Assembly: GCF_006345805.1 (NCBI RefSeq) | Contig: NC_043002.1 | Location: 38,130,001 to 38,194,000, forward strand | Length of the DNA stretch: 64,000 nucleotides | Reading direction: 5' to 3' | Origin: Octopus sinensis | Lineage: Eukaryota | Shown: positions 26,931 through 41,271 of the stretch, in pieces | How positions within the stretch are numbered: the first letter of the stretch is position 1 | Layout: each line of letters begins with the position of its first letter | Notes under the pieces: generated by a model | Told to the model about the DNA's origin: nothing | The model's database searches: none | The model's input: only the letters and a program-made list of their open reading frames with translations | Program-made: the position numbers and the translations under genes

Positions 26931-27253
26931 CCAAATATACATACCTACAAACATGCTTGTATTCACAAACACACATAAGCGTATACACATACACAAAAAT
27001 ATGTTCATAAGCATACACACATACATACGTACAGACATATTCATACAAACCAATATATCACCGAAATTAACTTATTATGTGCAAAGATGTTCTCATTAAT
27101 TTTAGATTATGATGTAATACCTGTGTCAATATATATATTTTTCTTTTCAGTCTATTAAGGTCTCTTTCTCTCTCACTCACTCTCTATCTCTGTCTCTCTA
27201 TACATACATGGATACATACGCATACATACATAGATACATACATACATATATAC

Positions 27254-27301
<48 letters not shown>

Positions 27302-27307
<6 letters not shown>

Positions 27308-27637
27308 ACACATAAATGCCTCACGCTAGGAGGGACTGTCAAAGTCAAAACTACTAAAATAACTACTAAAATAAACATATTGAGATACTACGGTGGATGC
27401 GACAGTTTGTTCATCTGCTATGTTATTTTTGTTCATTCATTATAGATCTTGAATTATGCTTGCACCGATGAGTGAAGAGTGCATATAACTGCGCTAATTA
27501 CGAAATCACTGGTGATCTGCAGCTCAATTCTTTTTTTAAATGACTTGCTTCGAGATTTGCTTTCGGTACGATATGTTTATTTTAGTAGTATTGACTTTGA
27601 AAGTCCCTCCGAGCGTGAGGCATTTATGTGTAATAAT
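27302..27637 (+). mobile_element. 336-bp element with ~67-bp terminal inverted repeats and an internal HHR
   Basis: 27302-27380 (containing a 12-bp internal duplication) is the reverse complement of 27571-27637 with 3 substitutions. The left end abuts (TA)n. Confidence 0.75.
27460..27522 (+). ncRNA. Type I hammerhead-like motif F10 (U4->C)
   Basis: ttgca-CCGATGA-GTGA-ag-AGTGCA-tataac-TGCGCT-aa-TTAC-GAA-ATCAC-tg-GTGAT-C-tgcag. All three helices pair; triplet AUC. Confidence 0.75.
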
Positions 27638-27754
27638 GCCCTCTATAAAATAAAAATGAATACATTTAAAAGAAAAACATTGACGGGTTTTTTTTCTCTT
27701 ATGAGGTTTTTCACGCTAACTACTTGATAAATCCTTATAAAGATTTTATCCTAT

Positions 27755-27804
<50 letters not shown>

Positions 27805-28956
27805 TAAATTCTTCCTCTGGGGAAGGATTTCTTTCAAAAGATACAAAACTTCAACGTTGGAATGTAGATTACAAAAAACACTATCACAGTTTAAACTTAA
27901 GAAAAACCTTCCATAGTTTTTCTATTCCATTTTTATGGGTGCCGTAGTGCTGATTTCGAGGGTGGTGCTCTTATTAATCTCATTCATGATCCCGTTAGTT
28001 AAATTCCATGTGGTATAGGCTATATATTTTTTAATGATAATGCTATGTTGGTAAGTAAAAGGGGTTTCTCATATAAAACTGGAGAAATAAATCAGTTACC
28101 GATTTAGGCTGGAGGGGTCGGTATTAATGCAGAAGAAATGGTTGAAAAAGAAATCTTAATCAGTGCTCTACGCTTGCACTTCTGATGTTATGCAAATATA
28201 TGTATGTAATACAGGGGCGTGTGTGTGTGTTTGCGTTCATGCCAATGCTTTAAAATTTAATTTTAAATGATTGATTGATTGATTGATTCTAGTTTCAGCT
28301 TATGAGCTGTGGCCATGCTGGGGCACCGCCATTTGGGGCACCGCCAAATATTTACAGTTATTTAAGAAAGGTTACGTAAAAAAGTAAACTAGCATAAATC
28401 TTCGATTCATCTAAAAAGATTATAACCCAGTAGAGTTTCTCAAGCCTTCAATCACTCGCAGGATGGCAAAAGTGTCAGTTAATTCAGTTTTCTCTCTACT
28501 TTCCCCAACTTTGAAACAGGTTAGAAGAATATTATCATTCTCGAAAAAGAGAAACCTAAGTTTAAGCTGAAAATTCAGAACTGAAGTGGGCAGCAAGGAA
28601 TGTCCTCATTATTTTGATTGAAAGTATTATGATAGTCTGAGTGAATGACGAGATGACACATTCTGAACAAATTTTCTTGATTCCCATGTTTGTTTATTTG
28701 TCAGTATAAGAATATATTTTCTTAGCTTTGAAATGATATTGAAGAGGAATATCACTTTCAAATGATATTCAGAACGAAATCCTTTAATTTTATAGCTGTT
28801 ACAAGTGTAGGTGTAATTAAGCCAATGAGCGAAAGACAAAAACAGCATTTGTTGCTGTTATGTTTGGTGAGACTACGGACGTTCGAATGGAATATTAACT
28901 GCCACACAATTTGCGATATATTGTTGAGAAGGAAAGACTTCAAGAAATGTTTAGCG

Positions 28957-29251
28957 CAAGGGTTCCCAAGGGTCCACAGAACCTTTAAAGGAGTCCACGA
29001 GTAAAAAATTATAATTTGTGGGTCCATATATAAATTTTGTTTATTAGGAGACGTACCTGTATTTATTGAAATTTTCAAGATTTGTATTTGGGATTTATAT
29101 TATGATTATAACGAAGTTGTTTTATTGTTAGTTTTTACTAGCCTACAAACAAATATTTTATTTCAAAAATTTACATATGCATATATAGGGTCCACAGATG
29201 ATAAGATAGCTCTCAGGGGGTCCACAAGCAAAATAAGGTTGGCAAACCCTG
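28957..29251. mobile_element. Probable hAT (Charlie-like) MITE
   Basis: Ends caagggttcccaa / ttggcaaaccctg, repeated subterminal g(g/a)gtcca motifs, and an approximate 8-bp target duplication gtttagcg / gtttaagc. Confidence 0.6.
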
Positions 29252-30315
29252 GTTTAAGCGATCAGTCGATGTCAGTAAAGAGAGAAAAGCTGCATCACCG
29301 ACAGAAGTTATATATTGTTATACATATTTGCTTAATTTGGTACTCTCTCAATCAACTTCAAGAGTTCGTGTATGTCGAATTAGCTTATAAACTTAAAAAA
29401 GAATTTCGACATTTTTCTCAACGTCGACGCTTTGAATAGTCCTCACTGGATGAAATCGTTAGAAGTTGATTCCTGTTATATGTGCGTTTCGCGTGTCTTA
29501 CTAACTACTTCAAAACGGTGTGTCGTTGCTGGGAATCTATTTTCATTTTGAGACACCGCATATCTCAAAGCATATATAATACTACACTTTTCACGGAAAA
29601 CGAGGAACAGTGGAACACTCGGAACTCTCCGCTCCCTCACACACACACACACAACCTCAGTGGACGAAGTTGGGACTGCATGCCCTAGCCTCCTAGTCAT
29701 CCTTCGCCACTGGTATGTATGTATGTATGTATGTATGTATGTATGTATGTATGTATGTATGTATGTATGTATGTATGTATGCATGCATGCATGTATGTAT
29801 GTGTGTATGTAAGTGTGTGTGTATGTGTGTGTGTTTGTGTGTGTTTATGTATGTGTTTGCTTTTCTATATGTTTATATATGCATTTTCCTTAATTTACTC
29901 TGGTAAGAGTTTCTATAGCCATATTCTTCGCAAACCCTTCAGCACCATTGAGATTGAGATCGTTAAGGTTCTACTAAAACTATTCTAGAGCAATGTCTAC
30001 ACGTAAAATATTGACAAGTATAGAATTCCAGAGGATCGATGTTCTGTGTTAGAAGTACTGTACGTAGCCATGAATGTGGATCCTTGGATAGAGGGGTCAA
30101 ATTATGACTGACCATAGCGAGGCACGTGAGGAACTCGTAGAGTCTGAGTGAATGTGGTATATGATCAACATACTTCGAGGAAGAGAGACCACTACTACAC
30201 TTTACTGTAACGTGTTGACTGGTAAAAATTTGAGAGTAAAGTTAATGGCATCAATCTCGCAGGTCTAGAAATTCCTGGAAAAGCCGTGTGCATTGCTATT
30301 CCACTAGGCCCATGA

Positions 30316-30485
30316 GGCGCAGGAGTGGCAGTGTGGTAAGTAGCTTGCTTACCAACCACATGGTTCCGGGTTCATTCCCACTGCGTGCCACCTTGGGCAA
30401 GTGTCTTCTTCTATAGCCTCGGGCCGACCAAAGCCTTCTGAGTGATTTGGTAGAGGGAAACTGAAAGAAGCCTGTAATATATATG

Positions 30486-30565
<80 letters not shown>

Positions 30566-30763
30566 CTTGTGTGTCTGTGTTTGTCCCCCAAAATCACTTG
30601 ACAACAGATGGTGTGTTTACGTCCCCGTAACATAGCGATTCGGCAAAAGAGACCGATAGAATAAGAACTAGGCTTACAGAGAATAAGTCCTGGGGTCGAT
30701 CTCCTCGACTAAAGGCGGGGCTCCAGCATGGCCGCAATCAAATGACTGAAACAAGTAAAAGAG
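30316..30763 (+). mobile_element. tRNA-derived SINE family A
   Basis: Colinear with 8594-9002; internal (TA)n(TG)n. Confidence 0.9.
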
Positions 30764-30765
30764 GG

Positions 30766-30798
<33 letters not shown>

Positions 30799-30809
30799 AT
30801 ATATACCCT

Positions 30810-30894
<85 letters not shown>

Positions 30895-31119
30895 GACAGA
30901 GACAGACAGAGAGAGAGAGAGAAGGAGAAAGAAAGATATAAATAGATAATATTAAGAAACCTTTTTTAAAGGTTAAGTTATCATTTAAGTGAATTTTATT
31001 ATCAATTAAGTGAATTTCCTTCCGCTCCTGTGTATTTCGCCGTGTTTTTTATAAACAAAACATACGTACGCCCACTCTCACATACTAACACACTCACACA
31101 CACTCATACACACACACTC

Positions 31120-31165
<46 letters not shown>

Positions 31166-31678
31166 ACACACACACACACAACATAATCCATTCGATTATA
31201 ATCGATTAAAACATAATCCCTCAAACTTTTGCCATTGAGGTTTCTAACTCTTGGGAAATTCGCTCAGATTAGTGAAATAGTGAATTTTAAAACCATCCAT
31301 ACTTAAAACATTCAGTCACCACACAGGGACCTACAGAATTCCAAACATTTCCTCATACTTAGCAAATATGAATAAAACAACTTGACGGTTGCACGATATG
31401 GAACGTTTGACTGCCTAAAATAAATGTATGGTTGTGTGGTTTCCCATAGAAGACTATAGGGGAATGTGGTCTTAGTTTTATGTAGTGGTTGGAGCTAATT
31501 TGTTGCCCTTTGAACCTATTTTATCGAGTAGAGAATGGAAAGTGGGACGCAAATAAGTTTTTTTTTTTGTGTGTGCGTTAAGAAATATACTTCCCAACCA
31601 CATGGTTCTGAGTTCAGTTCATCTGCGTGGCAACTCGAGCAAGTTTTTTCTACTATAGGAAAAGAGAGGGAATATAAA

Positions 31679-32062
31679 ATTTTAATCCAGCATATCAGTC
31701 TTCCACAGATTCCAATCTTTGACAATTTCGACAATAATATATTGAAGTCGACTCTGTCAAAAGCTTTGCTGAAGTTAAGATATATGACATTAGGGTTCGA
31801 ACCTGACCCGAAAGCTTTAGGGACATCATTCAGTTCCTGCCGCAGCGAAAGCCAGCTGGTCGAAATTTTGAAGAATGTACTTCTCCAGGAAACCAGTTAT
31901 CCTGGATCTTAACAACCTTTCAAACAATTTGATGATGTGGGAGATGAATGAGATTAGGCGATAGTTGTCTGCAAGAGGGCTGTTTCCGTTTTTGAAGACC
32001 GGGATGATAGATTGGGATAAGGGCTTCTTTCGAGGGGTTGCAAGTTGGTATCTTGATTTCAT
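31679..32062 (-). pseudogene. CR1/L2-group RT fragment
   Basis: IIPVFKNGN..ADNYRLISFISHIIKLFERLLR..GSNPNVIYLNFSKAFDRVDFNILLSKL..IGICGRLICWI. Confidence 0.85.
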
Positions 32063-32184
32063 TTATTGCTGCGATGATGCCTGAGACAGTAAAAGTTAAG
32101 CTTGATCCTAATTCTATCGGTCTCTATTGTCGAACTGCTAAGATTGGAGATGTAAATGTACCAACACCAGTTGGCAATAGATGA

Positions 32185-32299
32185 TGGCAGAAACGTTAGC
32201 ACGCCGCGGTATTTTGTTTGCTACGTTCTGAGTTCAAATTCCGTCGGGATCGACTTTGCCTTTCATCCTTTTAGGGTCGATAAATAAAGTACCAGTTTC
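32185..32299 (+). mobile_element. SINE family E 5' part
   Basis: tggcagaaacgttagcacgccg..gagttcaaattcc..gactttgcctttcatcct. Confidence 0.8.
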
Positions 32300-32879
32300 G
32301 GTATGAACGTCGTTGGTATTTCATTTGGAAATTGATTAAATCTCAGGGATATTTTTATTCCTGAAACTAATCTATTAAAAGAAATTAATACTTTATTTCT
32401 GATTATTCTGAAAGATTGTAATGAACAAGCTAATCGCATATCCCTACTTATACCCAGAACCATGAAATATATCATTTCCTCTTCCTCACCTGACCTACGC
32501 CCGAAGTCCACGGAGTTATATTACTTGCAGTTGATAGCTGACGAAGAACGGAAATAATTTTTTTAAAAATAAGACTGATATGGGTAAAGTAGAAATGTAA
32601 AAAAAAATGTATTACATAAATAATATAGATAATAAAATAAATAGTATGAGCTGCGCAACGTTAAAGGAAAACAGATTCCAGCAATGGCAGGGGAATATCC
32701 CGAATTAGCTTAAGAAATGATTAGGTAATTAGGAAATGTGAATTAAATCAAATGACGGCGAAGGGTAATGTGTTATATTTCAGGGCGAAAGGAGGAGACA
32801 GATAAATAAGAATTAATATTAATTAGAAATTTTTATGTTCAAAGAAATACAGAAGTTAATGTGCATGTTGTATTTTAAG

Positions 32880-34045
32880 TTGGTGGCATTGGTGTAGTTT
32901 TCAATGCCAAAATTTGACACAATTCTTCCCAGGGTCTTCCTGGTGTGTATTACTGCATGCCTCTCCCGCCTTCACTCCAGAGAATAGAGTCTTAGCTGTT
33001 TGAGCCTTTCCTTGTAGCTGAGCTGTTGCAATGAGACGATCTTCTTTTTGATTCTTCGCTGGGTTGCGTCAAGGTCAGCTGTTAATTTTTACACAGTTGG
33101 GTGACCATAGTTGGGATCAGTAATCCAGGCGGGTGAGGACGAATGTCCTCCATAGGATTATCAGGGTTTCCTTTTCTCTGAACATGAACGTTCTCAGGAT
33201 CCATCCAGCGCTTTGTCGCCATCCTGGCAATGTGCACTTTGAAAGATGTATCATCACTCAGGTCCCTCAATGATTTAGACTCTGGGATTGTAATCCCCTA
33301 TGGACAAGTTTTCCCTGTAACTTTTATATTCAGTTTTGGACGCTGGTAGCGCAGGGCTTGCAATTTTTCAGCATTAAACTGCATATTACTATCCTCAGCC
33401 TATCTGTAAATTTAGTCCAACTCCTGCCGCAGGTGTGCAACATCGCTAGGGTTCTGTATTTTCTGCGAGGCTTTTGTACCGTCTGCGCAACGAGCTAGGG
33501 TGGCTATCTGGGGAGTTGAGAGCATATCTGAGAGATCCACAATGAAAACAGTGATCCTAAGACAGTGTCCTGTGGAACACCGCTCACTATTTGTGTTTAC
33601 ATTTAGGTGACTCCATTGGCCACTACTGCCTGACTTCTATCTTTCATAAAGTCATGTAATCTCTCTCCAAGTTTTCCAGCTATGCCGAGATTACGCAGTT
33701 TGTGGCATATCATACCATGTTCCATTTATCAAAAGCTTTTGCAAAATCAAGGTATAGTACATCCATATTTGAGTTGTTGAGTAACTACACAACCAACACC
33801 CAGTCATAGTGCTGTTAGAGCTGGGTCAAGCAGCTCCTATCCGGTCGAAAGCCATGCTAGGTATCACACAGGAAGTCGTTTTCTTCAAGGAATATGTTTA
33901 GTTTCCCTCTGATTATCCGTTCCATGACTTTCCTGATGTGCGAAGACAGAGAGATAGGTCTATAGTTTTTGGAATCCGCTATGCTTCCCCTTTTATGGGT
34001 TGGGCATATAATCCTTCCTTCAGTTTGCTTGGCAGGCTGCCATTT
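32880..34045 (-). pseudogene. CR1-group LINE RT and 3' region (decayed)
   Basis: KNYRPISLSSHIRKVMERII..HGFRPDRSCLTQL..DVLYLDFAKAFDK..SGVPQDTVLG..CADGTK (from YADDTK)..NMQFNAEK. Confidence 0.9.
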
Positions 34046-34050
34046 GCAAG

Positions 34051-34088
<38 letters not shown>

Positions 34089-34816
34089 GATTCATAAATA
34101 TCAGGGAAAGACAAAATTTTAGAAATTTTTTATTACCAGTGGCCTATCATGTAGAAACTAGTCAATAGACTATATATTATTCATATAAATACAGTGTACA
34201 TTTAAACATTTTATATAGGAGCCAGGTAGGAAGACCAAAAATAGAAGGAAATAAGTTGATAGTAGAATGGAGCAGTGCAATGTAAATGGCTTAAACTAGG
34301 AGTGTTGCTAAGCGGGTGAGCTTCAAGTTAAAATCTAATATTTTACTAGTTGCAAGCAATAAACTGCGGCTATGCTGGAGCGCATAACGTTTTTGGCAAA
34401 TTTTCGAAGAAATGCAAGTATTATTTTCATTTACAGCCGACAAAAAACTGTGCTTTCACGCTAGATTTGAAAAATTATAATATATAAGCACGAGTCCTTT
34501 GTATATTAATCTTGGCGTACCTGCTGAAGAAAGGTAAAATAAATCATTTTATTTGCTAATTTAGAGCTTGAAACCATAGTCCAGGAGATAGATGGCAAAT
34601 GTTTTTATTTGTCATTCGCTTCGAAATTTATCCCTAATAGTGGTTTGGATTTTGGCTACTCCTTCTAGCGTGCTAGGTGTCCTATGATGATCACCTCTTA
34701 TGTGTTTAAATGTACACTATTTACACACACACACGCACATAGATATATACATATAAATATATAGATAAATATATATATAAATATTTAAATATATATATTT
34801 ACACACACACATATAC

Positions 34817-34852
<36 letters not shown>

Positions 34853-34988
34853 TAATATATATGTTTAAATATTTATTTATAAATATATATATATATAAAT
34901 ATAATTATTATTTGAGGGAATAAAATCCAAACTTACAAGGAAAAAGAATTCAATTTAGAAATACTAAATCAAATTCCACACAATATAA

Positions 34989-35321
34989 TATATATAAAAT
35001 ATTAGAAAAAACCACATTTTATCAATTCAAAAAGGAATAATTAAATTACACCATCTAGAAAATTACATATAATAGAAAGGTTAAAATTAAAATAACAATT
35101 AAAAAGTAAAGATTAAGTAAATTACAAAAATAATATAATGTATGTAATTGTTTTCTACCAATTATATACATTATATTATTTTTGTAATTTACTTAATCTT
35201 TACTTTTTAATTGTTATTTTAATTTTAACTTTTCTATTATATGTAATTTTCTAGATGGTGTAATTTAATTATTCCTTTTGAATTGATAAAAGGTGATTTT
35301 TTTCTAATATTTTATATATAT
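34989..35321. repeat. Near-perfect AT-rich palindrome (~162-bp arms, 8-nt loop)
   Basis: 34989-35150 is the reverse complement of 35159-35321 with few mismatches; loop ttttctac. Confidence 0.9.
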
Positions 35322-35334
35322 AAATATATATACA

Positions 35335-35540
35335 CTTTTACTCTTTTACTTATTTCATGCGGCCATGCTGAAGCACCGCCTTTAGTCGAGCAAATCGACC
35401 TCAGGACTCATTCTTTGTAAACCTGGTACTTATTCTATCGGTCTCTTTTACCGAACCGCTAAGTTACGGGGACGTAAACACACCAGCATCGGTTGTCAAG
35501 CGATTTTGGGGAGACAAACACAGGTACACAAACATATATA

Positions 35541-35589
<49 letters not shown>

Positions 35590-35753
35590 CGACGGGCTTC
35601 TTTCAATTTTCATCTACCAAGTCCACTCACAAGGCTTTGGTCGGCCCGAGGCTATAGTAGAAGACACTTGCCCAAGGTGCCATGCAGTAGGACTGAACCC
35701 AGAACAATGTGGTTGGTAAGCAAGCTACTTACCACACATCCACTATTACGCCT
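35335..35753 (-). mobile_element. tRNA-derived SINE family A
   Basis: Reverse complement is colinear with 8594-9002. Confidence 0.9.
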
Positions 35754-35795
35754 GTATTTATATATATATACATACACACACACACACACATAGAA

Positions 35796-35832
<37 letters not shown>

Positions 35833-37169
35833 ATGAAAAAGACAGGGGTGTACATTTGCGTTCGTCTTTGACCCACTATCTACCTCCTGTCACTTGACAC
35901 AACTAGTTTGTTTTTCAGCTTAGCCGGTCAACCAAACATACAATGGGACTCATTATTTCCCTTCACCAGAAGTAAAGTATTCACTGGAATCCATTTGCTC
36001 CAACTAAACGTACAACGCGGTGCTCCAGCAGAGCCGCAGTACAATGTTCGCAACAAGTAAAAAAAAAACTAAAGATTAACTTGAAGCTCACCCGCTTAGC
36101 AACACTCCTAGGTTAAACCATTTGCATTCCACAGATTCACTCTACTCTAAACTTATTTTCCTTCTATTTTTGATCTTCCTACCTGGCTCCTACATATAAT
36201 TCTTGCTCCCTTAACTTTCATTTATTTCACTATATATTCCTATATCAACTCCCACTCCTTATCACAACGTTTGCTTTCTTTGATAATGTGGAAACTCCTT
36301 GCATATTTATACAGGTGCACGTCTTACTTAAATTTCTTCACGTACTTATTTAATTTTTTAACCCAATTTCATTGGCTTTTCGTTATCTCTTTCCTCCTTC
36401 TTAGCTACTTTATCACAACACTTACATCATTGAATTAAACACCTCAATGTGGGATTCGCCCATTCCTACCATGCCTTTAACTTATTTTTATACAGCTAAT
36501 CCTCTTATTTCATTCTACAAATCCATTGTAACACTCTTTATTATTTAATATTTATTATTGATATATTTAACTATCACTTCCGTTCTCCTTAAAATACAAT
36601 GCATACTTACAATATTATTACCATTTCGAATATGCCAGTGGCAAATTTGAACTCGTAAACTAGTCATTCGCTGTATTTTGTCACGGAGAAAATTTTCCGT
36701 TGTAAATAAATGATGTAAATACACTTTAATCAGAACGCAGCGCCATCTACCAGCATTTCGGTATGGTTATCTCCTCATCAGAGAGACAAACTTAATAAGA
36801 GAGGCAATTTCACTTATGCTATTCCAGTCGTCGTACGAAGCCTGGTAGCAATAATCGGCGACTGACCGTATATAAATTACGAGGTAGGAGCGCTTAGCAG
36901 TGGTGTGTCTGAATGCAATGTTCGAATATGCCAGCGGCAAGTTCGAAGTTTAATTAATTTATTTGTTAATTCATTTAAATAAACTCGCTTCTTTAGATAT
37001 TTCTTTGGTGTTGCACACAATAAATTTTTTAGGGTTTAATCGATTTAATCGTATATATGTGGGGTGTGCGTGTGTGTGGTTATGTGTGTATATATGTATG
37101 TGTGTGTTATGTGTGTGTGTGTGGTGTGTGCGTGTGTGTGGTTATGTGTGTATATATGTATGTGTGTGT

Positions 37170-37212
<43 letters not shown>

Positions 37213-37459
37213 ATACATATTTTCGTTTACATTTTACTTGTTTCACTCAGGAGATTGTAGGCAGGCTTCTTACCCTAGCTTAAGGCTTTGATCGAATAAA
37301 TTGACTGCAACACATCTTACTGACCACCAAGTAACAGGGGCGTAAAAAAATCAACACCGGTAGTCTTGCTCTGGAGGACAAGCAGAAGAAAACACACACA
37401 AGCAAATACAAACATATATACATATACAAATATATATACACGCACAAATTATATAAATG

Positions 37460-37502
<43 letters not shown>

Positions 37503-38713
37503 ACACAAACACTATACGCGCATGCACCCACGCATGCACATACGAACACACACTCTGACACTGACACTTAAGTGGTTATACAAATAATTGTAGTCGAACT
37601 ATCAAATCTTAACACCAGGAACATATATAATATTAATCAAACACCTGCATTTCAATACGATTGTATTTCGATTTCTTCAAACGATCTATCAACTAGCATT
37701 TGCAGTGATATCGATGTTAAGTATTTCTATAGCTAGTTCTCTTGCACCAGACTACAATAACAAAGCATTTTCTTGAATAATGTTAAATGCCTCAGATACA
37801 TAACGAAGGCATTATAGAATCGCGTACTGTTCAGGCCTTTCTACGATATAAAGGTCTTCAATTGCATGCTTATGTTTGTTACATTTTTTGCTATGTTTGT
37901 TGGGTTATTTAACCACAGGTCAGCTTTATCAGGCAGGCCTATGGTTTAAAGCTTTGCTGCCATGTCTTCTTTCGTGACAGAATTTATTTAAGACTACAAA
38001 TTTCCATATGCTCTTCCTTTTTCAAGACGGTAATGTAAACTGAAACTGAAGTCGGTTTTGTGATCCCCACACCACACCATGTCGACCTTAGACGGCTTCT
38101 TTTCCTTTAGGGGAGTTCACATTTTTAGTAGCTTTTGAAACAAGTCTCTTCTCTGAGGATAGCTTGTTACCACCATTTTCGAAGGTACTGCTCATCCTAT
38201 TCAGATTAAACCATTAGAAAATGCAGGGTGATTTGAAGAGAGAAATTTAGCTGTTATTTGGGGCAAAGTGAGCCTCTATATAAAAGCACACTCGTTATGT
38301 TTTCGTCTACTTTTCCACCTGTTGTGTTTTGATGGATTTCCGCTTATTGTGTTCTTTCTGTCCTACTCTTCATTTATCCATGCGGCGCACCGTACAACCT
38401 GTTGTTTACTTTGTTACCAAATATATATATTTAAGAATAATAATAAAGGATAAAACCGCTAAAGATGTTAACAGTGGCCAGCATATAATATAGACTTATT
38501 AAGGTGAATTCATATATAGAGATCTATAATAGTATAAAATACAATTATCATTAAGGGCATAGAAGAGACTGCCTAATCTGAAAATAGATGCCAACTCTTC
38601 AAAGCACTTAAATATTATCACTTTTACAGTATACAACGAGGAAGTAGGCTCGCAAAAATTCATGATCAATCCAAGACTACTTCCACGATTTCAACACGTT
38701 GTGTACTCTATTG

Positions 38714-38820
<107 letters not shown>

Positions 38821-39714
38821 ATATATATATAAGTGTATTTTAAGTTATACATTTTACTGTAATTAGTTAAAAAGAATTCGTTTTGAAGTTATACCCATAC
38901 AAAAAGATGAGAGGTAACTGTTTCAAATTTTGCTACAAGCCCAACAGTTTGACGGGTGAGAAGTTTAATTGATTTCAACTAGTTCTTATTTTACAAACTT
39001 CCAGAGAATGAGAAGCAAAATCGATCTCAAATTTATTTGAGCTCAGCCCATAAACAGCAGGAAAAAATATCGCTAAGTATCTTGTCCGCTGCGCTAGTTA
39101 ACGGTTCTGCCAACTCACTGCCTTACAGCAATTAAAGCTTATAAATCACTGAAATCGCGTTTATTTAATGAGCATGAAATACTTTTCGAAGACTAACCCA
39201 ATACCCGTCATTATTGGAATTGGAAAATACCTGATGTTATGTTCTTGGAATGATTTCACTGATGGTTGCTTTGCCTTGTCAGCAATATCAAGTGATTGGG
39301 ACTATCCTTACAAAGTCAAATATTAAAACATTATGTGTTTAACCAACCTAGGAAAACAGCTAGGTTTTTAATTTATAATTCAGTACTCCATCTTGAAACA
39401 CTGTATTGCAATTACTGTGTGTATAAACTATTCTCCCTGTCTTGAAATAAAGTAGAAAATATATTAATACGAGGGAATAGAATATCAAATATAAATTTGA
39501 TAAATCCATACCAAACTCAAAGATTTGTTATTCCCTTTATGTCTCTAGTTCTGAAACTTACTATTCTAGCTCCGATCAGATTTATTGTTCTTGTAGTATG
39601 GCACTTGAAAGAAACCATATTTGATTGAAATGAATACATACATTAATAAAAACATACACCTGGAAAGCAAAGTTTCCGTTAAAAATCTTAGGGATACAGC
39701 TTTAATATAATCCT

Positions 39715-39843
39715 TTATACTATAGGCACAAGGCATGGATTATGAGGGGAGAAGGACACTCGATCACATCGACCCCAGTACTTTAGTGGTACTTAATTTA
39801 TCAACCCCGAAAAGATGAAAGGCAAAGTCGACCTCGGCGGAAG
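39715..39843 (-). mobile_element. SINE family E 3' part
   Basis: atcgaccccagta..ggtacttaatttatcaaccccgaaaagatgaaaggcaaagtcgacctcggcgg. Confidence 0.8.
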
Positions 39844-40259
39844 TGTCATTTTAATATAATAACATATGTGGGTCATCATATATTAAAGGCAGACTCATAG
39901 CAAGGCAATCGCATGGTTCAGGTTCAATCCCTGCCAATGCATTAGAAAAAATTATATATATGTAATCTCATTTATGCACTTACATAAATCTGAAACATTG
40001 TACCTCTACTTTATTTAATGGCGACACACCTGAAGTCATCACCATAATCATTATAATCATCACTATCATCGACTCTATTTTGTCATTTTTTTTGTTGCTG
40101 TTGTGGTTGTACGAAAGATGTTTAATATCAATTTAACTACCAGAGGTATTATCCGGAACTTTGGTGACAGTGTCTCAAATGTCAAGCAATTTCTTAAGAT
40201 TCGTGCAGAAAATATAGGGTTGTACAGCACATATCTTACTTCCAATATTCTTCAGCGGT

Positions 40260-40600
40260 TGGGTGGTGAACTGGCAGAAACATTAGCACGCCGGGCGAAA
40301 TGCGTAACCGTATTTCATCTGCCGTTACATTCTGAGTTCAAATTCCACCGAGGTCGACTTTGCCTTTCATCCTTTCGGGATCGATAAATTAAGTACCAGT
40401 TACGCACTGGGGTCGATGTAATCGACTTAATCCGTTTGTCCTCTCTGTGTTTAGCCCTTTGTGGGTAGTAAATAAATGGGTATTCGTCTGCCGCTACGTT
40501 CTGAGTTCAAATTCCGCCGAGGTCGACTTTGGCTTTCATCCTTTCGGGGTAGATTAGTTACGCACTGGGGTCAATATAATCAACATAATCCGTTTGTCTG
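40260..40600 (+). mobile_element. Two tandem SINE family E copies
   Basis: Full copy ~40260-40475 followed by a 5'-truncated copy ~40478-40600. Confidence 0.85.
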
Positions 40601-41271
40601 TTCCATACCACTTGAGACTAATCATACATGTCAAGTGGCGAAGGTGACAGTGAGGGGACTAAACGACTAAAAATGAAAGAAAATCAAACAAAATACATCA
40701 CCACGAAAACCTTGCAGAAATGAACAATTGATGGACATGCCTTTAAGCAACAACGAATCAGTACTACCCTCAAAGTAGCAACAAGATCATCGCCAGCGCT
40801 GCAACTACCACTTTGAAGATATATAAATGTTTGCATCATAATACAATTGTGGTAATTTGCAAAATGTGGTATTTCCACGGGTCCCTGTACTTAATTATTA
40901 ACATGGTAGTCGAGAGGTAGATTCGGTGCATTGGTGGAAGCAAGTTTTGCAGGTTTTTGTTACAACTTTCTTTAAGTAAGTATTCATCTTTGCCTCTCTT
41001 TCTCTGCTCTGAGAATAACGAATTAAATACCTTGCTGTACTGAATTCATTCAATTAGAAGTATCTTTTTTTTTTTCAGGACGTGTAATCTTGTATGTTTT
41101 AGAAACCAGTATTTTTTAGTTTATAATTCCTCTAAATGCCTGGAATGATGAACTGAATGCTACTTTTCAAAATTTAGTTCTACTGAGTTCAAATCCCATG
41201 AAAATCAACTTCGACATTTATCCTTATTATAAAACAGCTCTCTTAGTATTATTTTTCTTAGTATTATGAAC

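Noticed and set aside
29658-29712. 55-bp stretch with cagtgg(a)cgaag / cttcgccactg inverted ends (hAT-like mini element)
   Set aside because: No target-site duplication and too short to support.
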